From Strigamia acuminata (Eukaryota), in assembly GCA_949358305.1 (NCBI GenBank), contig OX442314.1, forward strand, positions 32,178,001 to 32,242,000: a stretch of 64,000 nt of DNA, given 5' to 3'. The position numbers and the translations under genes are program-made. The notes beneath the pieces were generated by a model. It was not told the origin of the DNA, searched no databases, and was given only the letters and a program-made list of their open reading frames with translations. Below are positions 41,321 through 54,737 of this stretch, one piece after another. Positions within the stretch are counted from its first letter, which is position 1; each line of letters starts with the position of its first letter.

Positions 41321-44300
41321 TCACTGTGCGCCGCCATTTTTTATTTGCACCACACGATATTTTTATAGCATAAAGACGCGCCATTTTCTCTCGCGCTTTG
41401 AGATTTTGTTTGTGGGGACAGCAAATCCAACTCTCTACCTCCTCGTGGTTGTCCCTGGCCCACTGGTCGTTTGATCTTGTGGTACCAAATGAGAGCTCTG
41501 GTTTTGAATTTTCAACACATTTTTCAAACATATTTTGGTATTGTAAGACTGCATTCTCCAAAATGAGTGCAGCATTTATCTAGTGCAATATTTTGCAGAC
41601 AATATTTGTACTTTAAGACTGCATTCCAACGTACGAGTGCAGCATTTACAAATTGTGCATTTTAAATCTAAAAATTAGAAGATTTACTAATTCATTTCTT
41701 CTGAATAACAATAACTTCAAATGGCTGGAAGTCCGGTCCTGGTATCCACATCCAGTCGGTTCCAAATAGTGGTCCTTTATAAAGACTAAAATTAAATTAA
41801 ATTAAATTAAAAAATAAAAATATAAAATTAAGAAAATTGTTTATATCCGGTATTTCTATCACATTGTGGACATCGGGTTACTGTCATTCTGAACTGGTCG
41901 TAGCGCACTGGCAATTCTTCATTTGCCTCTATTACTGTTGCAGCTGTCGCACCTAAAACTATGTTATTTTATAAAAATATAAAAAAAAAATCAACACAGG
42001 CGTTCAGGGCTGGACTTAAGTATTGCGGGTCCCATAAGCAAAAATTCTTTTTGGTCTCCTCTCTCAAAAAATAAGTTTAATTTTAACAATTCTTCTGTAC
42101 TTTCATTGTTTCATGGGAAATACAGTCGCCATTAATAGATAGATGCCCATCTAAAACCTAAGTATTAATTAAACTGGTTGCGTCTAAATATTTTGCAAAC
42201 AACTTATCCTTTTACCAGCTCACAAGGTACTAAAATATTATTCAATTTAACAACTATAAATGGAGTTCTTATTGTTGCTGTTATGTCAGTGGGCAGTGGT
42301 CACGATCGGCTCAAATTTAAATTTAGGTGTAAAAATGTTGACTAATACAGAATGGGAAAAACTACACAATAATGCAAAAACAGCACTAAATAAATAAAAA
42401 CAAGTGACTAATTTGCTGGAATTTCAAATCAAAATATCACACTTTAGGTGTTGGTGTTATTTTATAAGTAAATATTGAAAAGTTTTAGTAAATACTGAAG
42501 CAATAAAAATAAATGTAGCAAAAATAGTAGTAAATATTAGCTATATATTAGTAAATTTTGCAGTAGGCCTACATTTGTAAAACTAGACATTGCAGTAAAA
42601 ATAGCAATGCACTAAAGTGATTTAAAAAAAACAACATAAATTGGACTGTACAACATTGACACATTTAATCCAGACAAAATGGAATTTCATAATATGTAAT
42701 ATTGAAATGTATAGTGTGACCAGCTGCCACCACAGGCTGTGTCACTAACCTGCAACACAAGACAACTTGGTGCAGCTGTCGCGCTTTTCGTTTCTTGCAC
42801 AACCTAGTGGAGCTGCGGCCCTTTTGACGCAGGACCAATTAGGCCCCGGGAGAGACTCTTCCGGAAGTGGGTGGACCCCGCAGTGGCCCAGAGAGTTAAA
42901 TTATCTTCTTGATTGGCATGGCGAACGGTCGCATCCCGACCGTCTCTCCACACCTAATGGCAAGAGCGACCCAAACGATTGGCGTGGCGACTGTCACCCG
43001 CCGGGACCTGAGCGTCCAAGACGACGTGTTCATCGTACATTCCTAAGAACGTTACGACCAAACTGCTTTCAAACGACCTCGTGTGTCATGACGTGACAAG
43101 CGGTCCGATCAGGAATGGCTGTCATGCAGCCATTACATTTGGGTAATACACCTTGAGACACCATCATACCCCTAGACTACAATAAAGCAATAACCAAAAC
43201 CTAAACTTGTGTCTTTCGTGTATTTTGTGGATTCGTGGCCCTCCCCTGACCACATGGCTTCCGTCTGAACACTCACAATAGCATGTATTATTTCCAAAAA
43301 GCAACACTTTTAAATTATAAATTGAACAGTACAAACTATGTATAATATGTGTAATTACTGTCACGAATTAGCTTAGTGTTAAAGACTTATTGAAAATGTT
43401 ACAAAGACTTGTAAGCAGACAAAACCCATAGGCACAGAAGGATCTCAACCCAGGAAGAGGAAGGAACTCTTGTTTTTGGATCTCTGTAATGATTCTAGTG
43501 GTGGCATATCTGTAGTAAACTAGTCGGTAACTGTCTGACGAAAAGGAGAAAAATGGAAAGTGGGAAATCATGCAAACTCTTGTTAATACTGTTTAAAAAC
43601 TTCTAACTTGTGGTCTAAAGTTATTAGATAAAATTAAAAAATTTAAAATTCTAAGAAAATACTTGAAAAAGTGATTTTTAACTAGCTTAATTTGATTAAC
43701 AAATAAATCTTCTATCGAATGATAAATTGGAATTACACGATCTGATCAAGAACTAATTTAGCGTAATCCAAATCCTTTTTTTTTTATGATTTTGATGAGA
43801 ACGAATTCTTCCTCTACTTTGTTTCTCGGGTACTTTCGTTCGTCCATTCAGTAATGTCTATCCATTCGGAGTCTTCTGAAGACGTGGTACGGGCTGAGAG
43901 ACATCTAAGTCTCGGTGGTGGTCGCGTTGTTCGCGATAGATTTTTAAATCAAAATATCACACCTTAAGTGTTGGTGTTATTTTATAAATAAATATTGTAA
44001 ATAAACTTTAGTAAATACTGAAACAATGAAAATAAATGTAGAAAAATAGTAGTAAATATTAGCTAAATTTTGCAGTAAGCCTACATTTGTAAAACGAGAC
44101 AATGCAGGAAAAATAGCAATGCAGTAAAGTAATTTACAAAAATCAACATAATTGGACTGTAAAACTTTACAGTAAAAATTAAAATCGACACATTTAATTC
44201 AGGCAATATGGAATTGCACAAAATGTAATACTGGAATGTATAGCATTTATTATTTCCAAAATGTAACACTTTTAAATTATAAATTACACACTACAAATTA

Positions 44301-45739
44301 TGCATAATACGTGTAATTATTGTCAACAATTATCTTAAAGTGTTAAAAACTTATTGAAAATGTTACAAAGACTTGTAAGCAGACAACCCATAGGCACAGA
44401 GGGATCTCAACGCAGGAAGAGGAAGTAACTGTTGTTTTTGGATCTCTGTAATGATTCTAGTGGTGGCATCCTTGCTGTCAAAGGCAGTAAACTAGTCTGT
44501 AACTATCTGAAAAGGAGAAAAATGGAAAGTGGGAAATCATGCAAACTCTTGTTAATACTGTTTAACAACTTCTAACTTTTGGTTTAAAGTTATTAGATAA
44601 AATTAAAAAATTAAAAAATCTAATAAAATAAGCTTACTTGAAAAAGTGATTTTTAACTAGATTGATTTGATTAACAAATAAATCTTCTATCGAATGATAA
44701 ATTAGAATTACACGGTCTGATCAAGAACTAATTTAGCGTAATCCGAATCCTTCGCAGGTTCGTCGTCTTGCGGTGAGATTTAGAATCCTGTCGTCTAACT
44801 TTGTTTTCGCCAACCAATACAAAAAGGCGTTTATCTGGACTATGTTCCAGGCTATCTTCATCGCTATATCGTCGATAGCAGCATCGGAAATCGGTCGCAT
44901 TTGTACACGTAATGTAATCGAAATTGCTAAAAATAAAACAAGAAATTTTTTCATAATTCAGAATGCATCTTTTCTATGAATTCTGGCGTCATACTTGTTC
45001 GAAGATTCAATCTAATAGGTTTTGAAACCCAGTAGGTAACCGGTTCTGGGCTGGCTTCTTCACAAATTGAAAAAGTATCTGAATAAGTGGTACTTTTACC
45101 CGGAACAAGAACCTCGCTATTACAAACGTCTTTTGCGAGATTTTTTAACTTTGCGAGGTTTTGTGTTTACATTTTTAAAAACATGTGGAAAATCAACACC
45201 TAGTTGTCTGTCAATCTTAAATGATTGCACCAGGACGCTATCTTAATATCCCAGCTTGTTTTTATTCCTCATGACGGGGTTATGAGGGATGTAAAGTTTG
45301 ACGGGGTTATGAGGAATGTATTCCAGGCACGTGAAACAAAGGTGGTGTTGTAACGTTGTCGTGCTTCGTGAACTAAAATAATACGAACTAGAACTACTAA
45401 ATGTCTACAAGTACTTAACAATACTGGCCGCACGAATAAATTATAACAAACAAGCATTAAAAAGGAATAAAGTTACATCCGACCGGTCGCCCTCTTACTG
45501 TACATCCTAAAAGAAAGAAAACTGATATAAAAAAAATTGGAATGTAAAATTACAAATATTAAAAAAGGATACGTACGTAACTAAACTGACGGTCACACCT
45601 GCTGAAATTCGGACATAAAGCAAAGGGTCCAATATCAGGATCAAAGCCAATGGTTGGTATTCTTGATTCAGATCTGAAGGCAAACAAGCAATCGGGACAC
45701 CTAAAAATATATAAATGTATACTAAAAAAAAACAAGGGA

Positions 45740-46325
45740 CTGTAATATTCCATAAATTCATTCGATGGCAATTCATCTGCTAAATCTATTCAAAAGGCAA
45801 CTCCTGTTTCATAGGCCCATCAGCGAGCAACGTTGCTCGTGTTATAGCCTCTACCAACAAAGAACGACCTTCGCGTTCTGATTGTCGCGTGGTGTACGTC
45901 TGGAACAACGACAACTTGAAGAAAAAATGGGTAACGTTTATGATTTGATTTACAAAACTCGAGGAAAATATTATAAAAGCAAGCACCTGCATGTCTTAAC
46001 AAACTCCAGGCATTTACCATGGCCTTTAATCGTGAGATTGAAGCAGCCAAGTCGATCTCTGGTTAGCAAATCAGTGTCACTTTGCAAAACAATTACGTTA
46101 AGCTAGTAATGTTCTATCACTTTTGATATGACTGATTTAAATATCCGTTCGAAGGAATCGTCATCAATTCCCTCTCGTAAAGGGAAAGTTACGGAATAAT
46201 GTTTGCCAGTTCCAGGGAAAAAAACTCAGTCGTGTCTGTGAAACAAACAGGTCCTTACACAATCCATCACATACAAAGCTTCTTCCTCGCCTTCGCCATG
46301 ATTGACATCAATGTCAATATAAAGT
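45740..46325 (-). pseudogene. Class I histone deacetylase (HDAC1/Rpd3-like) fragment, copy 1
   Basis: [61 protein letters not shown]; stops and an insertion. Confidence 0.88.
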
Positions 46326-47239
46326 GTAGTGGGTTGGAGGCCTTTTGTCTCCCTCCGAACACCGCGAAGCTCCTTTGTGGATGAGTTGAAACCTGTTTTA
46401 TCCCAGCGCGCACTTTTTTTTACTGATTCTACCAGGTATGGAGACTGTTAGATTAACTCTTGAGTCAAGAATCAAGGTTGTCCCTGGCCCACTGGTCTTT
46501 TGATCTAGTGGTACCAAATGAGAGCTCTGGTTTTGAATTTTCAACACATTTTTCGAACATATTTTGGTATTGTAAGACTGCATTCTCCAAAATGAGTGCA
46601 GCATTTATCTAGTGCAATATTCTGCAGACAATATTTGTACTTTAAGACTGCATTCCAACGTACTAGTGCAGCATTTACAAATTGTGCATATTCAATCTAA
46701 AAATTAGAAGATTTACTAATTCATTTCTTCTGACAAGTGAGTGGGTATCTTGTTGAATAACTAGAATAACTTTAAATGGCTGGAAGTCCAGTCTTGGTAT
46801 CCACATCCAGTCGGTTCCAAATAGTGGTCCTTCATAAAGACTAAAATTAAATTAAATTAAAAAATAAAAATATCAAATTTAGAAAATTGTTTATATCCGG
46901 TAGTTCTAGCACATTGTGGACATCGAGTTACTGTCATTCTGAATTGGTCGTAGACTCGTAGCGCACTGGCAATTCTTCATTTGCCTCTATTATTCTGCTG
47001 CAGCTGTCGCACCTAAAACGATGTTATTTTATAAAAATATATAAAAAAAAAATCAAAACAGGCGTTCAGGGCTGGACTTAAGTATTGCGGGTCCCATAAG
47101 CAAAAATTCTTTTTGGTCTCCTCTCCCAAAAAATGTTTAATTTTAATAATTCTTGCGTGCCTTCATTGTTTCATGGGGAATACAGTCGCCACTAATGGAT
47201 AGATGCCCATCTAAAACATAAGTATGGTATTAATTAAAC

Positions 47240-47494
47240 GGGGCGTGTGATCTAGCGCGACATGATCTACCGCGACACGTATCTACCGCGACTTTTTAAA
47301 CAGCGACTACGTAAATTGTAGGTTTAATTCCTAAGAAGGGCTAACAAGGGGGGGCTGCGCCCCCCCTTGACCTCCCGCAAATCTAACCTTACTGGTTTTT
47401 CGATGAAAAACCACTTTTTTTGGAATATATTGTGACGTATTGTCGCGCTAGGGCAGGGCCGCGGATCAGCTTGTAGCGCTAGTTCCGCCCCCCC
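47240..47494. mobile_element. Merlin-like MITE
   Basis: GGGG..CCCC ends; perfect 8-bp TSD AATTAAAC; empty site in paralogous blocks at ~42167 and ~51131. Confidence 0.88.
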
Positions 47495-48989
47495 AATTAA
47501 ACTAGTTTCGTCTAAATATTTTGCTAATAACTTATCCTTTTACCACCTTACAAGGTGCTAAAAGATTACAATTCAACAACTACAAATGGAGTCAGTGGGC
47601 AGTGGTCACGATCGGCTCAAATTTAAATTTAGGTGTAAAAATGTTGACTAATACAGAATGGGAAAAACTACACAATAATGCAAAAACAGCACTAAATAAA
47701 TAAAAACAAGTGACTAATTTGCTTGAATTTCAAATCAAAATATCACACCTTAGGTGTTAGTGTTATTTTATAAGTAAATATTGAAAAGTTTTAGTAAATA
47801 CTGAAGCAATAAAAATAAATGTAGCAAAAATAGTAGTAAATATTAGCTATATATTAGTAAATTTTGCAGTAGGCCTACATTTGTAAAACTAGACATTGCA
47901 GGGAAAATAGCAATGCACTAAAGTGATTTTAAAAATTCAACATAAATTGGACTGTACAACATTACAGCAAAACCGACACATTTAATTCAGACAAAATGGA
48001 ATTTCATAATATGTAATACTGGAATGTAGAGTGTGACCAGCTGCCACCACAGGCTGTGTCACTGACCTGCAACACAAGACAACTTGGTGCAGCTCTCGCG
48101 CCTCTCGTTTCTTGGGCAACCTGTTGCGAACCCTGCAACCAGGTAGAGCTGTCAGGACGATCCCAAGATCGTCCTGACACGCGGTCCAATCAGGAATGGC
48201 TGTCATGCAGCCATTACATTTGGGAAATACACCTTGAGACGCCATCATACCCCTACAGACTATAATAAAGCAATAACCAATAGTCTAAACTTGTCTTTCG
48301 TGTAATTCGTGTATTGAATCATCGTGTGTGTTGCGTCCAGCGCCTCGTGGCTCTCCCCTGACCACGTGGCTTACGTCCGAACACTCACAATAGCATGTAT
48401 TATTTCCAAAATGCAACACTTTTAAATTATAAATTGAACAGTACAAATTATGTATAATACGTGTAATTACTGTCACGAATTAAATTAGCTTAAAGCATTG
48501 AAAAAGTAGTTTTGAATAGAAAAAGTCATAAAAAAATTTAGTTTTCTGCCCATATCTCTGCAACGGTGCCAGATATGCAAATTCCGACCAGGGGAATCAA
48601 TTTTTTTGGGTCATTTTACGTCTAATCAGCACGTTTTTGGCACTTTTTCAAATTTGGCCATGTTATCCTTTGACTTGTGTCTACTTTTTCAATTGCGATT
48701 TCCTTAAATATTTTTAGTACAAAAGATTTGAGAATTAGTCATTTTTGGACTAAACAAATGTTGCTCTACAAGTTTACATTTGGAAATTTCTGTCTATCTC
48801 TAACGGTTTCCGAGATAATTTCCCAATGACCTTGAAGGAACATTCCAAGGTCAAATTTCGGGTCACCAAAAGATTGCCCCACCCAACTTTAATACTTTAC
48901 CATTATTAGATCAGATGAATTGTCAGCACTTTCAGAAATATTTGCTATAGTGATAGACTTTTTGTTCACCCTGTATACTAAAAAAAAAA

Positions 48990-49755
48990 GGCCGAGGATA
49001 TTCTTACGTACGTACGTAAGAATAGCGTATTGGCTATTCCTACGTACGTACGTAGGAATAACGTTTGCCCGACGTGCCGCTATTCTTACGTACATACGTA
49101 CGTACGTACGGGCAGGGATGAATGAAACCCACCAGCATGTCGCGCTCAGGATTTGCCCCTCAAAACAAACAAAATGAAACCAGCGTTTTGTTTTTTTATT
49201 TTCTTTTTATAATAATGGAATATTTTGGTCATTTCAGGCATTGAATTCAGTCGTTTTGGTCATTTCAGACATTGAATTCAGTCGTTTTGGTCATTTCAGA
49301 CATTGAATTCAGTCGTTTTGGTCATTTCAGACATTGAATTCAGTCGTTTTGGTCATTTCAGACATTGAATTCAGTCGTTTTGGTCATTTCAGACAATTTC
49401 AGACATTGAATTCAGTCGTTTTGGGCAACACTAAAAATAGAATCATTCACGGACATAGCCACAACAAATTATTACAACAAAACCAAACCTAAACTAACCT
49501 AATTGATATGGGTGGAAATAGCGCGACACCACACGTGTAGGTGGTATATAATCCTCCCACATACGTAAGAATAATGACCCCCCCCCCTGGCGGCCCGCTG
49601 TGTACGTAAGAATAGCCATACGTTATTCTTACGTACGTACGTACAAATATACAGTTTTTCAGGGGCCGAGGATGGGCTTTCCTGCAATTTTCGGTATGTA
49701 CGTAAGAATAGCGTATCGGCTATTCTTACGTACGTACGTAAGAATAGCCAAGGCG
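48990..49755. mobile_element. TIR element with TTCTTACGTACGTACGTAAGAA palindromic repeats and an internal 31-bp tandem array (49223-49423)
   Basis: Inserted into an A-run that is empty in paralogues (~45724, ~52243); imperfect TIRs GGCC..TATTCTTACG. Confidence 0.8.
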
Positions 49756-49769
49756 AAAAAAATAACAAG

Positions 49770-50245
49770 GGACCGTAATATTCCATGAATTCATTTGATG
49801 GCAATTCATCAGCTAAATCTATACAAAGCGCGACTCCCGTTTCATAGGTCCATCAGCGAGCAACGTTGCTCGTGTTATAGCCTCCAACACCAACAAAGGC
49901 AAATTATATGTCTTAACAAACTCCAGGCATTTACCATGGCCTTTAATTGTCAGATTAAAACAGCCAAGTCGATCTCTGGTTAGCGAATCAGTGTCACTTT
50001 GCAAAACAATTACGTTAGGCTAGCAATGTTCTATAACTTTTGATATGACTGATTTAAATATCGGTTTGAAGGAATCGTCATCAATTCCCTCTCGTAAAGG
50101 AAAAGCTACAAAATAATGTTTGCCAGTTCCAGACAAAAAAAACTCAGTCGTGTCTGTGAAACAAACCGGTCCTTACACAATCCATCACATAAGAAACTTC
50201 TTTCACGCCGTTGCCGTGATTGACATTAATGTCAATATAAAGTGT
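49770..50245 (-). pseudogene. HDAC1/Rpd3-like fragment, copy 2
   Basis: [50 protein letters not shown]; stops and frameshifts. Confidence 0.88.
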
Positions 50246-52254
50246 AGTGGGTGGGGGGCCTTTCGTCTCTCTCCGAACACCGCGAAGATGAGTGGCTGCC
50301 CTAGGAAAGTGGAGTGGCCTCAGCTCGCTCTTTGTTGGCCTTTGTCTCGAGGAATTTGCCTTGCTCCACAAACGGCAGAACCGATTCAGCTACAAACCAA
50401 GTCTTACTTTTCTGATACTTACCACAAAGGAAAGGATGAATACAGGACAGGATACTTCTAACGTGAGTCACGTTTCCCTGAATACATCTCCACAGCCAGT
50501 TAGCTTAATCCCAGCGTTTTGGCATATTTTAGCATTCCGGTGAAGAATAGCCAACATAGTGCTAAAACCATCGCCTCACGAGCCTAACTAGTAGGATGAC
50601 TTAAGCCTCTGTGTGAACAGTCGGAGAAGTGAAACGAGCCTCTGTGTGAGCATTTACTTAAAAACAGAACCCTAAACTACAGTCAGGAATATAAATCTCT
50701 GTACAAGCATTTTCCTTGTGCACCGGCGAGCCCAAGGATGAACCAACATGAAAGACGCCACCACAAAGGACCATCCCAGTACGCCGCCTGGCTCCAAGGA
50801 ACCAGGATGCCATTAATTCGATCTGTAGTTGCAAATTTGGCAATTTGGCGAGATATGTGTATAGCGAGATGTTCATTATTGGGATCCCAACGCGAGTCAC
50901 TGCTTGTATGTTGTAAGTAAGGACGACCAGCTTGTTCGGTTCGTTGTCTTCGAGGTGGCTGCACTTCCAAAAACGCTGGCATAAACGCTATAATGTAAAA
51001 AACTAAAAAATTGGTTTATTAAATTAATTAATTAAAAATGCCAACAATAAAAATCTTATGCAACGTACATCTTTTCCTGGGAAATACAGTCGCCACTAAT
51101 AGATAGATGCCCATCTAAAACATAAGTATTAATTAAACTAGTTGTCAACCGTCATGTTGCGTTTAAATATTTTGCACCTCACGAGGTGCTAAAAAGGTTA
51201 TGATTAAAGAACTATAAATGAAGAGAGTTCTTATTGTTGGTGTGAGGTCAGTGGGCAGTGGTCACTATCGGCTTAAATTTAAATTTAGGTGTAAAAATAG
51301 CAATGCAGTAAAGTAATTTACAAAACTCAACATACATTAGGGAGTTATATTATATGTATGCTTTTACAATTTTGTAATTTTGCATTAATCACAAACTCAT
51401 TAAATATTTAGAAGAAACATTTTAAAGAAAACATGTAAAAAATCCACTGGTGAACATCCTGACCACCACACCGCTTGCGCCTGTTGCAACGTGCCAACTG
51501 TCATTTCTATCAATATCCACACAATTGGGCCTCGAGTTGGAATTTGTATGTTGTACTTAAGGTCTGCAGATGAGGAAATGTGTTGAGCGCAACGTCGACC
51601 TCTTTAACTGTCGCTACTATTACCGAAGCATGTATAATTGACTCTGCACAAACTTTCAAGTTTGGCTGTGCTTTAAAGTTATTCAGTATTTGCCCCTTAA
51701 AGACTGCACTGGAATTGAAGTTTGAATTAAATTTAATGTGATCAGCGAGCATTTGTTGTGATCTTAAAGTTACAAGAAAAGATAATGAAGATTTGTTAGT
51801 TATACTTTAATGTTTAATTGTTCATTCATTTATAATCTCAATACCCACTAAATTACAGGAGTGAAAATATAAATCGGTCGCATTTGTATACAAATGATTT
51901 GTATACTTGGTGCATGTGATAACATTTGCAAATTCTTAAATGATTGCACTAGGATAGGGGTTGGTTATAACAAAAAAGCATTAAAAAGGAATAAAATTAC
52001 ACCCGACCGGTCGCCCTCTTACATCCTAAAAGAAAGAAAATTGATATAAAAAAAATTGGAATGTAAAATTACAGATATTAAAAAAGAATACATATATAAC
52101 TAAACTGACGGTCACACCTGCTGAAATTCGTATATAAACCCAAGGGTCCATTACCAGGATCAAAGCCAATGGTTAGTCTTCTTGATTCTGATCTGAAGGC
52201 ACACAAGAAATCGGGACACACAAAAATATATAAATGTATACTAAAAAAAAACCA

Positions 52255-52850
52255 AGGGACCGTAATATTCTATGAATTCATTCGATGACAATTAATCTGC
52301 TAAATCTATACAAAGGGCGACTCCTGTTTCATAGGCCCATCAGCGAGCAACGTTGCTCGTGTTATAGCCTCAACCAACCAACACCATCAAAGGCAAATTA
52401 TGTCTTAACAAACTCCTGGCATTTATAAACCAGAATAAAGCAAAACAAATTTCTATTTTATACATCAAAATTCACGAGAAAAGAACAAGTCATTAAATAG
52501 ACAAAATCAAAATGTTAAAAACAAAACTATATTACAAGTAGGTGTTGGCCTTTAATCGTGAGATTGAAGCAGCCAAGTCGATCTCTGGTTAGCGAATCAG
52601 TGTCACTTTGTAAAACAATCACGTCCGGCTAGTAATGTTCTATAACTTTTGATATGACTGACTTAAATATCCGTTCGAAGGAATCGTCATCAATTCCCTC
52701 TCGTAAAGGGAAAGTTACAGAATAATGTTTGCCAGTTCCAGGAAGAAAAACTCAGTCGTGTCTGTGAAACAAACAGGTCATTACACAATCCATCACATAA
52801 AAAGCTTCTTCCACGCCGTCGCCATGATTGACATCAATGTCAATATAAAG
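52255..52850 (-). pseudogene. HDAC1/Rpd3-like fragment, copy 3
   Basis: [58 protein letters not shown]. Confidence 0.88.
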
Positions 52851-54737
52851 TGTAGTGGGTGGGGAGTCTTTAGTCTTCCTCCGCACACCGCGAAGCTCCT
52901 TTGCGGGTGAGCATCTGCCCTAGGGAAGTGGAGTGGTCTCGGCTCGCTCCTTGTTGGGTGACGTCACAAAGGACCATCCCAAGACGCCGCCTGGCTGCAA
53001 GGACCAGGATGCTATCTTGGTTGTCTCTCTATTGTAGACGTTTGGTGGTCATCTGTTCTTACGAGTTCTGATGGTGTTTGGACGTCCAGGCCTCTTCTTG
53101 AACTGTTAGGATGCGTCGGGCATGAAATTTGCGACTTCCAGGACGATCTCTGGAATTTTGGTTTTGGATTCGGCTGCTTCAGCCTCAGTTTCATTAGAAA
53201 CTTCGGTTTCAGTTGGTTTGATGGTTGGAAGCTTTCGAATTTTGAGAAAATCGTGTTTACCGGTATTTTTGTTTTAGTCTTCATCTCGGAACTCAGTTTC
53301 GATTCTGGCATTTTCGTTTACAAAATTTGCTTCGCATCCTTTACTAAAGCTGTGTTTTTTAACGTTGTTATGTCCGTACAGTTTTGAATTTTCGTATCTC
53401 CAGTAATCCCCTCAATTGGGAAGATTCCAATTAAAAGGAAAAGATAATAAATGAATTGCTAAGAATGAAATTACAAAGTAAATGTGACAACAAGATGTCT
53501 GAAATAAAAAATAACATATAACACGCATTGGAGTGAAGACACTCCATCATCCCCTTGAAATGTGAACCAACTAAGTAAATTCAAAGTAACAATTTGACCT
53601 AAAATGAAAATTTAACAATAAAATACTTGGATTTTAAAACTACTGAATTATGCATGAAATGTAATTTGTAAAAATAGCTGGCAGACATAGAAGGCAACAG
53701 GGCAGTCGGAGGGACTCTCCCCTTCCCACAAAGAGTCTGAGGCAGCAAGCGGGAAAAATGTTGCCAAACGCATAACATTTTGGCTGGTGAAATTTGCCAT
53801 TAGACCGATGCAGGTCCATGGTATGGCTGTAAGACTGCATAAACTGGTGTAGAAGTCGATGGCATGACTTGAAGAACATCCACAAGAGTTGGTAATAGGA
53901 CTGCGTGCGCTGAAATCAGGCGAATCCCAGCAATTGGATGTGAAGAATTCTTTTTGATACTAAAGGAAAAATAATTTAAGCGAATTAATCTAATATCAAA
54001 ATTGAAATTAAATCTTAGTACTTTGCTCGTTTGTCTTCGGTGGCCAAGTTTTTCGTCGGATTTCTTGGATTTGGCAATGAAATATAGATTTCCATGCTTT
54101 TTTCCAATAGCCACGATTTATTGGCTTTCCACATGTAATACAATATTCATGCAGTTTTTGCTAAAATTCATGTCAAATCCGTTATACAGTAAAGCCTCGA
54201 TTATGCAAACTAATCGGGCACATAGGTGTTTACAAAACCGAATTGTTCGGCTAATCGAACATTAGGTTTATACATATACTGTACTGCATATGAAAATAGT
54301 CTTTAAACAAGTAAACCAAAAAAACTACGTTTTTGAAAAAGGCTTTTATGCCAGTAGTGGTTTTGGCAATGATTTAAAATCTGCAATTTCGGTTTGGTGT
54401 TAGTGTCATACTGGGTTAGTAAAATCAACAATTCTAACTAAAAATTAAGAAAGGAGCCATGATTTAATTAATTCACTATAACTAAGCTTCTGTATCACGT
54501 CAAGGTCCCAAACCAGCACAGAAGTTTTGTTTTTCTTGTTTTGGTATAGAACAAATCAAACATGTGTTAAAAGTATGAAAAAAACTACATTATTGATTAT
54601 CTAAATAAAAAGTAAAAAGATTAAATGCACTTATAAAATCTCTTTTTTATTAATAAGCTGTTTTTGATTAATAGTCATTGGTTTAAGTAAAAGTGCTTTG
54701 ACACAATCAAACATATACTGTAACTTTTGCTTGAAAC

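Larger units (their letters stand above)
41447..53010. repeat. Mosaic tandem segmental repeats, probably Helitron cargo
   Basis: 41447-43370 resembles 46476-48480; 43280-43770 resembles 44240-44745; 45215-46380 resembles 49756-50340 and 51935-52960. Confidence 0.85.

Noticed and set aside
49223..49423. 31-bp repeats as a CRISPR array
   Set aside because: Head-to-tail tandem copies with no spacers, no cas genes, eukaryotic context.
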